A DNA stretch of 64,000 bases from an uncultured Sangeribacter sp. (GTDB lineage Bacteria; Bacteroidota; Bacteroidia; Bacteroidales; Muribaculaceae): assembly GCA_964525115.1 (NCBI GenBank), contig CAZGGB010000006.1, positions 162 to 64,161 of the forward strand. Direction: 5' to 3'. A model generated the notes under the pieces. That model was given only the letters and a program-made list of their open reading frames with translations, had not been told where the DNA came from and did not search any database. Positions within the stretch are counted from its first letter, which is position 1, and each line of letters starts with the position of its first letter. The position numbers and the translations under genes were made by a program. Positions 40,143 through 50,136 of the stretch are shown piece by piece.

Positions 40143-42149
40143 ATGAAAAGAGTTGGACAATACATTTTACTCATATTAAGTCTTCTTTTGCCAGGATTAG
40201 TCAAAGCGCAGATCAATGCTGAGCAAGTCATGACCATTGGAAGAAATGTTCTTTCTATGGATGACTATATGCTTGCAATACAATATTTCAATCAGGCAAT
40301 TAAAGCCAAACCCTATCTTGCAGATCCTTATTTCTTCCGAGGACTTGCAAAAATGAGTCTCGACGACTATAAAGGTGCAGAACTTGACTGTACGGAAGCT
40401 CTCAAACGCAATAAATTTAAGATTGAAGCTTATAAACTCAGAGGATTTGCAAGGCAACAACTCGGTCTTGATTCTCTGGCTATTGAAGATTATAATGAGG
40501 GCCTCAAGCACGATCCGACTGATAAATACTTTTTATTTTATAAAGGTGTTGCTTTGACCTCTTTGAAAAAAAATAATGAGGCTATGGAGACTATGAATAG
40601 CCTGCTCCGTCTCCATCCTCGCTTTGAAGAAGGATATGCAGCAAGGGCTTCATTAAATCTACAAAGAGAAGACACTACAGCTGCTCTTGAAGATGTAGAA
40701 AAAGCAATAAAGCTTAATCGCGCCTTGATCAATCCTTATTTAATAAGAGCAGAAATTGAAAGTAACCGAAATAATTGGGATGTCGCACTGGCAGATATGG
40801 ATGAAGCTGTGAAACTTTATCCTGATGAACCGGGATTCTATATCAACAGAGCATATATCCGCTATAATACCGATAATTATCTCGGGGCTATGTCTGACTA
40901 TAACTTTGCATTGCAACTTGATCCCAATAATATGGCGGCGCTATTCAATAGAGCCCTACTCCGATTCGAAGTAAAGGATCTTATAAATGCAAAAAAGGAT
41001 TTTTCTTCTGTTCTTGAACTTAATCCGCAAAATTTCCACGCGCTCTACAATCGTGGACTTGTTGAGCTGGAGACTGGAGAATTCAAAGAAGCTCTTGCTG
41101 ATTTCAAAAGCATAGCCACAAGATATCCCAATTTCTATCCTGTCTATTATGCTATAGCTGAGGCAGAGAGAAATCTTGGTAATCTTAAGGCTGTCGGTGC
41201 CAACGTCAATCATGCAGAAAGTCTTGTAAGAAAATACGTGGCAAATCCGGAAACAAATCCACTCGATCGCCCAACAATTGCCGCTGGAACCCCGAGAAAT
41301 GCCAATCGCAATCCTGATGGGGAAGAGGAAGATGAAAATGAAGTCATGAACAGGTTTAATCAACTTGTCACGATGCAAGAAATACCCCAAACCCAACTCT
41401 CCTATAATGAGAAAATAAAAGGTAGGGTTCAAGATCGCAATGTGATGGCAGAACCTGAACCTCTTTATTCTATTTCGTTTAATCCGCCTTCTAAATCGTT
41501 AGGAGGAGTAACTAATTATTTCAGAGCTCTTGATGATTTTAATCGTGGAAGGTATATTACACGTACTCTCTACCTGTCGCCACTGCAACCACGCATGCAA
41601 GAATCAGACTATGATGCTCTTTTCAAGATTATAGATAGTTATACATCAGTAATTGCAAATAGCGGGAATAAAGTTCGTCCGGCAGATCTCCTTGCAAGGG
41701 GGGTTGCATACTCTATGGTTAAAAATTATAAATCTGCCATTGAGGATTTTGATGCAATAATTGATGCAAATAAAGATTTCACAATAGCTTACATAGGTCG
41801 GGGTGTAGCACGCTATGAGGATGCTAAAAGCATGGAAGATCAGAGACTTGCAATGCAATCTATAGCTATGGCTGCTATTGATTTCGACACTGCCATAAAT
41901 CTTGATCCAAGACTTATTCATGCATGGTTTAACAAAGGTTACATTCTCTACTCACAGAGAGATTATTCGCAAGCAGCAGAATGCTTTTCGAAAGCCATTG
42001 AACTTGACCCTGAGTTTGGTGCCGCTTATTACAACCGGGGCCTTTGCCACCTTTCTTCCGGAAAGAAAGCTGAAGCTTTTGCCGACCTTTCAAGAGCCGG
42101 AGAACTTGGTGTGCTTCCAAGCTATAATTTACTGAAGCGTATGAAATAA
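40143..42149 (+). CDS. Secreted TPR-repeat protein
   Basis: Signal peptide and many TPR units (AYYNRG, A.ADF..AI.L.P); TAACTTTG at 40131-40138. Confidence 0.9.
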   Translation: MKRVGQYILLILSLLLPGLVKAQINAEQVMTIGRNVLSMDDYMLAIQYFNQAIKAKPYLADPYFFRGLAKMSLDDYKGAELDCTEALKRNKFKIEAYKLRGFARQQLGLDSLAIEDYNEGLKHDPTDKYFLFYKGVALTSLKKNNEAMETMNSLLRLHPRFEEGYAARASLNLQREDTTAALEDVEKAIKLNRALINPYLIRAEIESNRNNWDVALADMDEAVKLYPDEPGFYINRAYIRYNTDNYLGAMSDYNFALQLDPNNMAALFNRALLRFEVKDLINAKKDFSSVLELNPQNFHALYNRGLVELETGEFKEALADFKSIATRYPNFYPVYYAIAEAERNLGNLKAVGANVNHAESLVRKYVANPETNPLDRPTIAAGTPRNANRNPDGEEEDENEVMNRFNQLVTMQEIPQTQLSYNEKIKGRVQDRNVMAEPEPLYSISFNPPSKSLGGVTNYFRALDDFNRGRYITRTLYLSPLQPRMQESDYDALFKIIDSYTSVIANSGNKVRPADLLARGVAYSMVKNYKSAIEDFDAIIDANKDFTIAYIGRGVARYEDAKSMEDQRLAMQSIAMAAIDFDTAINLDPRLIHAWFNKGYILYSQRDYSQAAECFSKAIELDPEFGAAYYNRGLCHLSSGKKAEAFADLSRAGELGVLPSYNLLKRMK

Positions 42150-42172
42150 TCAATTGACACACTCAATTCTAT

Positions 42173-43267
42173 ATGCAGGAACAATCGACACCACATTATT
42201 GGAATATTGATAGAATTATGAAGCTCATCATTGGGCTTGCTATAGCTATCTTTCTTGTCATGCTGATCAGCTATCTTAGTGATGTGCTGCTACCCTTTTT
42301 CGTTGCATGCTTCGTAGCCTACATTTTGCAACCGCTCGTAGATCTTAATAGAAAAATGTTGCGAGAAAAAGGAAGAGCCATCTCGTCGATCATGACAGTC
42401 ATAGAGGTTTTGGCAGTCATAGCTGGTATAATTTATCTCTTTATGCCTCATGTGATCAAGGAACTTGATGTGCTCAATGGTATAATTCATGAGGTATCTA
42501 CCGGTAAGCGACCTATGCCAAAAGAATATGTTCATTTGATTAATTGGGTTGAGACTTATGTCAGACCTGCCGACATAAAAACTCAATTAAGCGAAATGCA
42601 TCTTGGATCAATTATTAGTAAGGGAACATCACTTCTCAATGAGTCAATAAGTGTTATCCTTGACGTGTTGGGCTGGGCCCTGACATTAATTTACGTTCTG
42701 TTTATTCTTATAGATTATCCACAGATTGTGAAAGGATTCAAACTTATCATTCCTCACAAATATAGAGAAAACGCAATGGTAGTGGTTAAGGATGTGCAGA
42801 ATAGTATGGACCATTATTTTCGAGGACAAGGTCTTGTAGCTTTATGTGCCGCTGTATTCTATTGCATTGGTTTTTCCATTGTCGGTCTTCCCCTTGCCAT
42901 ACCTATGGGCATACTTGTTGGTATACTGTATATGATTCCATATTTCCAATATGTCACATTGATACCTGTAGCAATAATCTGCGCTATATATTCATTAAGT
43001 GGAGAAATTACATTTCTAAGTCTTTTCGGACGTTCGCTGCTTGTCTACGTTATCAGCCAGTGCATATGCGATTATATATTGACTCCTCATATAATGGGAA
43101 AAGAAATGGGAATGAATGCGGCCCTGATTCTTTTATCTCTTTCAATTTGGGGAAGCTTGTTAGGAATAATTGGAATGATTATAGCCCTTCCAGTTTCTTC
43201 CTTAATCATGGCATATTACGAACGTTACATCTCTAATCCTAAACCTAAACGGCCTATCACGCAATAA
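42173..43267 (+). CDS. AI-2E family transporter
   Basis: PFFVA..VAYILQP, YFRGQ, LTPHIMG, GIIGMIIALP. Confidence 0.9.
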   Translation: MQEQSTPHYWNIDRIMKLIIGLAIAIFLVMLISYLSDVLLPFFVACFVAYILQPLVDLNRKMLREKGRAISSIMTVIEVLAVIAGIIYLFMPHVIKELDVLNGIIHEVSTGKRPMPKEYVHLINWVETYVRPADIKTQLSEMHLGSIISKGTSLLNESISVILDVLGWALTLIYVLFILIDYPQIVKGFKLIIPHKYRENAMVVVKDVQNSMDHYFRGQGLVALCAAVFYCIGFSIVGLPLAIPMGILVGILYMIPYFQYVTLIPVAIICAIYSLSGEITFLSLFGRSLLVYVISQCICDYILTPHIMGKEMGMNAALILLSLSIWGSLLGIIGMIIALPVSSLIMAYYERYISNPKPKRPITQ

Positions 43268-43298
43268 CTTTTTATATTTAAATATTTTACCATAAACA

Positions 43299-43337
43299 TA
43301 AAAGTATGTCATAATAAAATATGATATACTTTATTTG
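43299..43337 (+). terminator. Terminator after AI-2E
   Basis: AAAGTATGTCATA...TATGATATACTTT (G-U on plus strand). Confidence 0.65.
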
Positions 43338-43346
43338 TTCGTAAAT

Positions 43347-43475
43347 ATTTTGTTAAGTAGCTCACAAAAATTAACGAAATATGAAAATCCAGCTGCTTGA
43401 AAGCTCTTGATATGATAAATGCGACTAATCTCGCATTAATCATATCATTAATTTTTGCGAGCTACTTAACAAAAT
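43347..43475. repeat. Nested inverted-repeat element upstream of the PUL
   Basis: 28-bp arms (27/28) at 43347-43374 / 43448-43475 enclosing a 17-bp IR at 43408-43424 / 43431-43447. Confidence 0.85.
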
Positions 43476-43512
43476 TTTAAACATAATATATGTAAGTTTC
43501 AAAAATTTTTAC

Positions 43513-43520
43513 TAATTTTG
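43513..43520 (+). promoter_or_regulatory. -7 promoter element (PUL)
   Basis: TAATTTTG. Confidence 0.65.
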
Positions 43521-43592
43521 TGACTATGAAGTAAGACACTATTTTATAAAAATTTATATTTACAACCTAATATTTAATTAACTAACGAACAA

Positions 43593-45236
43593 ATGAACCT
43601 AATCGCAATGTGTCGCAAGGTATCCTTTTTAGGACTGCCTGCGCTTTTTGCCATTACGGCGTGCAGCAACGACAATGAGTGGAAAGATGTTGATGGAGCA
43701 GTGCCAGTATTGACTCTGTCATCCTCACATGAGCGTTCTGAAGCCGGGCGATCAATAAAAATCGCAGGCAAAGTGAAAGACAATGATGGAATTGCATCCA
43801 TTGATCTTGTCTGTCATGAATTAAACCTTAACAAAAGTATTAATCTTATTGAAATCTACAAAGAACCCCTTAAAGAGTATGATCTTGACTACACATTTAA
43901 GATTCAAGAAACTCAACCAGGTGAGGATTTTAATGTTGAAATCACCGTTACGGATATAGGTGGACGTAAGGAAAAGCAAAATCTTCGCATTACTCTTGAC
44001 GGAGACTGGACACCACCCTACTTCACTACAAGTCCAGATGATGAAGTGATTGTACTTATCAAAGAGAAGACAATCTTCAATCTAAAATTCAGTGTGGCTG
44101 ACAATCGAGTGGTGGATTATGTTGACATTGATGTAGTGGATGTCACTGAAGGAGAAGATACTCCTAAACCGGTAGAAGGGTTCCCACGTAGAGTAGAAGG
44201 GAACGGAACTTCTAAGTTTGATTTCTCCGAAAAACTTCTCTTGCCAAGCAAGGCAGCTAATCTTCGCGCTACAGTAACAGCATATGACAAGGAAGCCAAT
44301 GAAGCAGCCCACTCTACTACTTTTACTTCCCTTGTGAAAGTCCAGGAACTACAAGATATGGAAAAAATGTGGCTTTGCGACGTAACTAAAGAGGATGATC
44401 TGAATTCTGATATTTTCGGTGTTCCTATCCTTTGCGATCATGTTGGACCTTACAAATATGAAGTACGCTACTACAATGAAAAATCTGGCACAGAAGTTTG
44501 CCTTCTCGGACAGAAAGGTTCATTTGGTCCTCTTTGCTTCGCTCCATCCAAAGACAATGAATATATTCTCGGAGATAATCCTGATGAGGTGAACCGTATA
44601 AAGCTATCTCAAGCAAATAGCTACTATCTCATAAGCTTCGACACATACAATGGGACTTACTCTACTGAGGCATATTCAGTTGCAGATGCCATGGACCCAG
44701 TGATGCATATGCATTTCGGAAAAGATGATCTCAACACATGGTGGGATTGGAATAACGAACCATGGTGGCAAGAATTCTATTTCGGTCCAATGCTTCCTAC
44801 CATGGTTGATGGTAAAGAAGAGACGAATCCAAGATATATAGTAAAAATGACTCAGGATTCTAAAAATCCTCATATATATATCTTAGAAGATTGGAAACTC
44901 GACAAGGGACAGGATCTTCACTTCGTTATTCACAACTGGCATCATGATGGCTGGTGGAATTTAGCTACATGGCGTGTCGATGATGGAGCTGATCCCGGGA
45001 AATTCATGTATTATGGGAATTTACATCCAGATAATTCTCATTATACTGGCAATGCAGATTACTTCCAATGGAAATATGGCGAAAATGTGGATATCAACAA
45101 ATGGGGTGACGAAGGCTATCGGAAGCAATTCGTTTCTGACAACTGGGTAGACATGAAGTCGATAGATAAAGGAGGTAATTTTAAGTTCATCTTTGATGCT
45201 CACACTGAAAGGGCTAAGCTCATACCAATGAAATAA
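43593..45236 (+). CDS. PUL surface lipoprotein, putative glycan-binding (Ig-like domains, Trp-rich C-terminus)
   Basis: Lipobox ITAC followed by acidic SNDNE; Ig-like repeats; WWDW/WHHDGWW aromatics; first gene of the SusCD operon. Confidence 0.75.
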   Translation: MNLIAMCRKVSFLGLPALFAITACSNDNEWKDVDGAVPVLTLSSSHERSEAGRSIKIAGKVKDNDGIASIDLVCHELNLNKSINLIEIYKEPLKEYDLDYTFKIQETQPGEDFNVEITVTDIGGRKEKQNLRITLDGDWTPPYFTTSPDDEVIVLIKEKTIFNLKFSVADNRVVDYVDIDVVDVTEGEDTPKPVEGFPRRVEGNGTSKFDFSEKLLLPSKAANLRATVTAYDKEANEAAHSTTFTSLVKVQELQDMEKMWLCDVTKEDDLNSDIFGVPILCDHVGPYKYEVRYYNEKSGTEVCLLGQKGSFGPLCFAPSKDNEYILGDNPDEVNRIKLSQANSYYLISFDTYNGTYSTEAYSVADAMDPVMHMHFGKDDLNTWWDWNNEPWWQEFYFGPMLPTMVDGKEETNPRYIVKMTQDSKNPHIYILEDWKLDKGQDLHFVIHNWHHDGWWNLATWRVDDGADPGKFMYYGNLHPDNSHYTGNADYFQWKYGENVDINKWGDEGYRKQFVSDNWVDMKSIDKGGNFKFIFDAHTERAKLIPMK

Positions 45237-45332
45237 TTTTGAATTTTGAATTTAGATTTTTGAATTATTGAAGTCAATCTTCATTATATAATTTTAGAAT
45301 TCTGAATTTAAAATTCTCCATTCAAAATTATA
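45234..45332. repeat. Two opposed heptamer arrays (AATTTTG-type) forming a hairpin before susC
   Basis: aattttg aattttg aatttag atttttg ... aattctg aatttaa aattctc cattcaa aattata. Confidence 0.7.
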
Positions 45333-45353
45333 ATAACCATTTAGACAATTATC

Positions 45354-48300
45354 ATGAAAAAATACCTATTGACAATGCTTGTCTCGTTATTAGGACTCTC
45401 GACATTGGCGCAGAGTCTCACTGTGACAGGTGTAGTCACTTCCAAGGAAGACGGGGAGCCACTAATTGGAGCCACTGTCAGAGTTCAAGGCACAAGCAAA
45501 GGAACAGCCACAGATTTTGATGGTAATTTCACATTGACCGATGTGCCCTCATCAGCCACACTCGTTTTCAACTATGTAGGTTATCAAGAACTTTCCATTC
45601 CAATAAAAGGTCAAACAGTAGTAAACGCTCAGCTATCAGAGACATCAACCTCTCTTGATGAACTTGTAGTGGTAGGATATGGTGTAGCAAAGAAAAGCGA
45701 CTTGACCTCTTCGATTTCTACTATCAAAGGGTCTGAGCTAAACGAGATGGTAAGTGGCAATGCTATGGATGCAATCCAGGGTCGAGTTCCGGGTGTTCAA
45801 GTTGTCTCGGGAGGTGGTCCTGGATCAAATCCTTCTGTAATGATTCGTGGAGTCACGTCGATCAATGGCACAAGTCCACTCTATGTAGTAGATGGTGTGC
45901 CTTTGAACACTGACAACATCAACTTCTTAAATAACAATGATATTGAGAGTATGGAAGTATTGAAAGACGCTTCCGCATCCGCTATCTATGGCACCCGAGC
46001 TTCGAATGGCGTCATTATCATTACTACTAAGAAAGGTAAATCAGGTGCAACCCATGTTGACTTTTCAGCCTCAGCCGGTTGGCAATACATTCCTAAACCA
46101 AGTATCGCATGGGCTGACGAATATGAAAAGGTATTCTATGCTCGCTATGAAAACGATGGTCGTGTAGCTCCTTGGAACTCGCCATACATTGATTATGGCG
46201 AAGTAGACAGTACCGATTGGTGGAAACTTGTCGTAGATAAGACAGCAATAGTGCAGAATTATTCATTAAGTGTACGTGGTGGAAATGACAAGTATGTCTA
46301 TAGCCTTTCTGCAGGATATTATCGCAATAATTCTCAGTTCAAAGGGGGCTATTGGGATAAGATGAATGTACGTCTTAACACTGAGTATAATTTTACCAAT
46401 TGGCTTAAAGCTGGTCTCGATCTTGCTTCTAACCTTGAAAGTTGGGAATCCGCACCTGAACTATTTGCTGCGGCTATGAGCATGGACCCCACTACCCCGG
46501 TGTATCGTCCGGAATCAGAATGGGATCCGGCAAACCCGATGAACAACTTCCAACGTTCTTATAACAATCAAGAATGGAACCCTGTGGCTTCTCTGGCACG
46601 TATGGACAATCACAGCACGAAGTTCCAACTTTTGATGAACCCCTACATCCAGATTCAGCCGATCAAGCAGCTGACTCTTCGCACTCAGTTTGGTGCCAAC
46701 CTTTGGTATCAGCGCAGCGATGGATATAACTATGCTTTCCATATTGATGCTCTTGAACAGAGTGCAAAAAATAGTGACTATCGTAATTACTCTGATCAAA
46801 TCAACTGGAGCTGGACCAATACAGCTACCTACATGGATACATTCGCCGAAAAGCATAATCTGACCCTTATGGCTGGTTTCACAGCCGAACGTTATGCTAA
46901 CTATTGGGCAAATGCATCCCGTCAAGACATTCCTGGCAATAGCGATCTGCTCCATGAAGTCAGTGCCGGTACGGGCGACCAGTTTGCAAGCGGCAGCACT
47001 TCCTATCAGACACTCGCTTCAGTACTCGGACGTGTGATGTACAACTTTGACAGTCGCTACTATTTGACAGCTTCAATCCGTTATGACGGTAGCTCTCGCT
47101 TCCCACAAGGAAATAAATGGGCAACATTCCCATCAGTTTCTCTCGCTTGGCGTCTTTCTGAAGAGGCTTTTATGGAAAATACTCGAAATTGGCTTGACAA
47201 CGCTAAAGTTCGTCTCGGATGGGGAAAAGTCGGCAACCAGAACATCAATCCCGGATTGTTTCTTTCGACTATGGACAACGGAGTCAACTACGTATTCAAT
47301 TCGACTCGTTTCCCCGCTACTATCGTAGGACAAATGGGTAACCCTTATCTACGTTGGGAAACAGTAGAAGATTATGACTTTGGTATTGACGCTACATTCC
47401 TCAGCAACAGATTGAACCTCACTTTCGACCTCTATCAGAAGAACAGTCACGATATGCTATATGCAGCGCAAGGTCTGCTGATTGCAGGTAATCCTGCTTG
47501 GATGGGAGCTATCACTCAAAACATAGGAGAGATGCGTGCCCGTGGTTGGGAACTTTCCTTAAGTTGGCGCGATACTGCTGGTGATTTTGGATATGATGTT
47601 GGAGTTCAACTCTCTGGTGTCAGAAATAAAGCCATTAAATTTTCCGGTGATGGTCCAGTGCTTACGGGTAGTGGACTTAACGAAAGTATTATTCGTAATG
47701 AAGACGGTCAGCTGATCTCCCGTTTTTACGGCTACACAGCAGATGGACTATTCCAAAATTGGGAAGAAGTTTACTCTCACACAGACGAACACGGAACCCT
47801 TCTTCAACCCGATGCTCAGCCAGGTGATATCCGTTTTCTTGATCTAAACCATGACGGGGTGCTCAATGACTTGGATAAGTCATATATTGGCAATCCTTAC
47901 CCCGACCTTATGATTGGCTTTAATCTCGGTTTGAATTGGAAAGGCTGGGATTTCATTGCCAACTTCTATGGAACTTCCGGCAATGATGTATTCAATCTGG
48001 AGAAGAAGCGTTATTCAGGTGGTGGAGGTCAGAATGTCTACAGAGGCACTCTCAACAAGGCTTGGCATGGTGAAGGCACAAGCAACGACATTCCACGTCT
48101 TTCCTATAATGACCTTAACCAGAACTATGGACGAGTGTCAAGTTTCTACGTTGAAGATGGAAGCTACGTTCGTTGCAAGCTCATCACTCTTGGATACACA
48201 CTTCCTAAAAAATGGCTCCGCGACATCAATCTTCGTCTATATTTCTCAGCTCAAAACCTATTTACAATTACTAAATATTCAGGCATGGACCCGGAACGTC

Positions 48301-48395
48301 CTTTTTATGACGGCAGTGTGATTGAAAAAGGTATTGGCAATGCTAAATATCCTACTCCGCAGACCTATCTCTTCGGTATAGACCTTAAGTTCTGA
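45354..48395 (+). CDS. SusC/RagA TonB-dependent transporter
   Basis: LDELVVVGYG, PLYVVDG, VLKDASASAIYGTRASNGVIIITTK, NPYLRWET, C-terminal Phe. Confidence 0.96.
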   Translation: MKKYLLTMLVSLLGLSTLAQSLTVTGVVTSKEDGEPLIGATVRVQGTSKGTATDFDGNFTLTDVPSSATLVFNYVGYQELSIPIKGQTVVNAQLSETSTSLDELVVVGYGVAKKSDLTSSISTIKGSELNEMVSGNAMDAIQGRVPGVQVVSGGGPGSNPSVMIRGVTSINGTSPLYVVDGVPLNTDNINFLNNNDIESMEVLKDASASAIYGTRASNGVIIITTKKGKSGATHVDFSASAGWQYIPKPSIAWADEYEKVFYARYENDGRVAPWNSPYIDYGEVDSTDWWKLVVDKTAIVQNYSLSVRGGNDKYVYSLSAGYYRNNSQFKGGYWDKMNVRLNTEYNFTNWLKAGLDLASNLESWESAPELFAAAMSMDPTTPVYRPESEWDPANPMNNFQRSYNNQEWNPVASLARMDNHSTKFQLLMNPYIQIQPIKQLTLRTQFGANLWYQRSDGYNYAFHIDALEQSAKNSDYRNYSDQINWSWTNTATYMDTFAEKHNLTLMAGFTAERYANYWANASRQDIPGNSDLLHEVSAGTGDQFASGSTSYQTLASVLGRVMYNFDSRYYLTASIRYDGSSRFPQGNKWATFPSVSLAWRLSEEAFMENTRNWLDNAKVRLGWGKVGNQNINPGLFLSTMDNGVNYVFNSTRFPATIVGQMGNPYLRWETVEDYDFGIDATFLSNRLNLTFDLYQKNSHDMLYAAQGLLIAGNPAWMGAITQNIGEMRARGWELSLSWRDTAGDFGYDVGVQLSGVRNKAIKFSGDGPVLTGSGLNESIIRNEDGQLISRFYGYTADGLFQNWEEVYSHTDEHGTLLQPDAQPGDIRFLDLNHDGVLNDLDKSYIGNPYPDLMIGFNLGLNWKGWDFIANFYGTSGNDVFNLEKKRYSGGGGQNVYRGTLNKAWHGEGTSNDIPRLSYNDLNQNYGRVSSFYVEDGSYVRCKLITLGYTLPKKWLRDINLRLYFSAQNLFTITKYSGMDPERPFYDGSVIEKGIGNAKYPTPQTYLFGIDLKF

Positions 48396-48416
48396 TAATA
48401 AAAATCATTATAGAAA

Positions 48417-50096
48417 ATGAAAAAGACATTATATGCTCTCGCTGCTATTGCAAGCCTTGGAGCTTTTACTTCTTGTAATGACTTCCTTGACCAAGAAGTG
48501 AGAGGGCAAGAAAACTTGGACACTTATTTTTCCACGCCTCAGGAAGTGGAGACCTATGTAGGCGGATGCTACTATCAGATTGCCAAAGGTGGCGGTTGGT
48601 GGCAAATATATAACACTTGGCTTCTTTCTGACATGTGTACGGACGATCTATGGGACGGTAATACCACTCAGGATGACGGCTACCAAGAACTCTCCCACTA
48701 TATGCCAAATGGCAATATGAACGGAATAATCCAGAATTTCTGGGGGGCCCGCTACCAAGGCATCACTACATGCAACCTTGGTATTGAAAAAATCCCAAAT
48801 GTCACAATGGATGAAAACCTGAAGAAGAGACGTATTGCGGAAGTTCGCTTTCTTCGCGCTTTTTTCTATTTTGATCTCGTGAGAAATTTCGGAGGTGTTC
48901 CTCTGATGACAGAATACGCTAATACAGGAACAGGGAAAGAACGTTCTTCACTGGAAGAGTGTTATGAATTCATAGAAAATGAACTTCAAGCTGCAATTCC
49001 AGACCTTCCGGAACGTTCTCAACTCGCAGCTGCTGACTTGGGTCGAGTTACAAAAGGAGCAGCTCTCGGAATTCTCGGCAAAGCTCAACTTTATCAAGGC
49101 AAATGGGAAGAGGCGAAAGCCACTCTTAAGACTATCATTGATTCCGGAGAATATCGGTTGCTTGAGAATTTTGGAGATGTATGGAGCGTAAAGCATAATA
49201 ACAGCGCAGAAAGCCTATTTGAAGTGCAGCAGACATACGGTGGAGACACTTATGCTCTCGGTGGTTCACTTACAGTTGTCACTGGTTGTCGCAACGGTGT
49301 TGGTGACGGCTGGAGTTGGGGACAACCCACTTCCGACCTTGAGAATGCATTTATTGCAGCCGGTGACACAGAGCGTCTTCGTTGGACTATCATCAAGACA
49401 ATGTGTACTGAAATTGCAGGTGAAAATAAGTTCTCAGAGTTTGTAAAAAATAATACCTCAGTGTGCAAAGTCAACGATACTAAATATAAAGATTATATTG
49501 AAAAATTCGGTTGGACATCCTCTGACTATTATAGAGGCTATATAATTGATCCTGCTCAACACAAGTCTGCACGAATCATCCGAAAGTATTTCGTTCCGCT
49601 TGAAGATCGTCCAGAAATCTATAACATTGACAAGATTCCTCTAAATCATCGTGTTCTTAGATATGCAGATGTTCTTTTGATGTATGCAGAAGCTTGCGCT
49701 GAGACTGGAGATGATTCACAAGGTCAGTGGGCACTCAATCAAGTCAGAAGCCGTGTTAATCTTTCCGCCATCACAAGCACAGGAACAGTCCTCCGAGATG
49801 CTATTAGAAATGAACGTCGTCTTGAACTTGCACACGAACAGTGCCGACTCTACGACCTTCGCCGTTGGGATTGCTCTAACGGAAAAAAAATGATTTGCAA
49901 TGTTATGGGACCCGACGGTAGCTTCGTGAAATACAATACCGGTAATGATGCCGACAAGTATGAGAAATGGAATCAAGGCGAACCAAGCGACAAGGGTATC
50001 CGATTCCGCGAAGATCGAGATATGCTTTTCCCTATTCCTAACTATGAAATTGAGCATTCCAACGGAGCCATAAAGCAGAACCCCGGATGGAACTAA
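48417..50096 (+). CDS. SusD/RagB lipoprotein
   Basis: TSC lipobox, AEVRFLRAFFYFDLVRNFGGVP, RYADVLLMYAEA, ERRLELA.E, QNPGW. Confidence 0.96.
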   Translation: MKKTLYALAAIASLGAFTSCNDFLDQEVRGQENLDTYFSTPQEVETYVGGCYYQIAKGGGWWQIYNTWLLSDMCTDDLWDGNTTQDDGYQELSHYMPNGNMNGIIQNFWGARYQGITTCNLGIEKIPNVTMDENLKKRRIAEVRFLRAFFYFDLVRNFGGVPLMTEYANTGTGKERSSLEECYEFIENELQAAIPDLPERSQLAAADLGRVTKGAALGILGKAQLYQGKWEEAKATLKTIIDSGEYRLLENFGDVWSVKHNNSAESLFEVQQTYGGDTYALGGSLTVVTGCRNGVGDGWSWGQPTSDLENAFIAAGDTERLRWTIIKTMCTEIAGENKFSEFVKNNTSVCKVNDTKYKDYIEKFGWTSSDYYRGYIIDPAQHKSARIIRKYFVPLEDRPEIYNIDKIPLNHRVLRYADVLLMYAEACAETGDDSQGQWALNQVRSRVNLSAITSTGTVLRDAIRNERRLELAHEQCRLYDLRRWDCSNGKKMICNVMGPDGSFVKYNTGNDADKYEKWNQGEPSDKGIRFREDRDMLFPIPNYEIEHSNGAIKQNPGWN

Positions 50097-50100
50097 GTAG

Positions 50101-50135
50101 ATTATTGAATTTTGAATCTTGAATTTTGAAATTTA
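50101..50135. repeat. Heptamer tandem array between susD and GH30
   Basis: attattg aattttg aatcttg aattttg aaattta. Confidence 0.7.
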
Positions 50136-50136
50136 T

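Noticed and set aside
43347-43475. IS terminal inverted repeats
   Set aside because: No transposase or target duplication; the IS-like GAGCTACTTAACAAA ends would face outward
43470-43500. Possible dif site (TTATGTTTAAA on minus resembles the XerD arm)
   Set aside because: Mismatched XerD arm and no recognisable XerC arm at the right spacing
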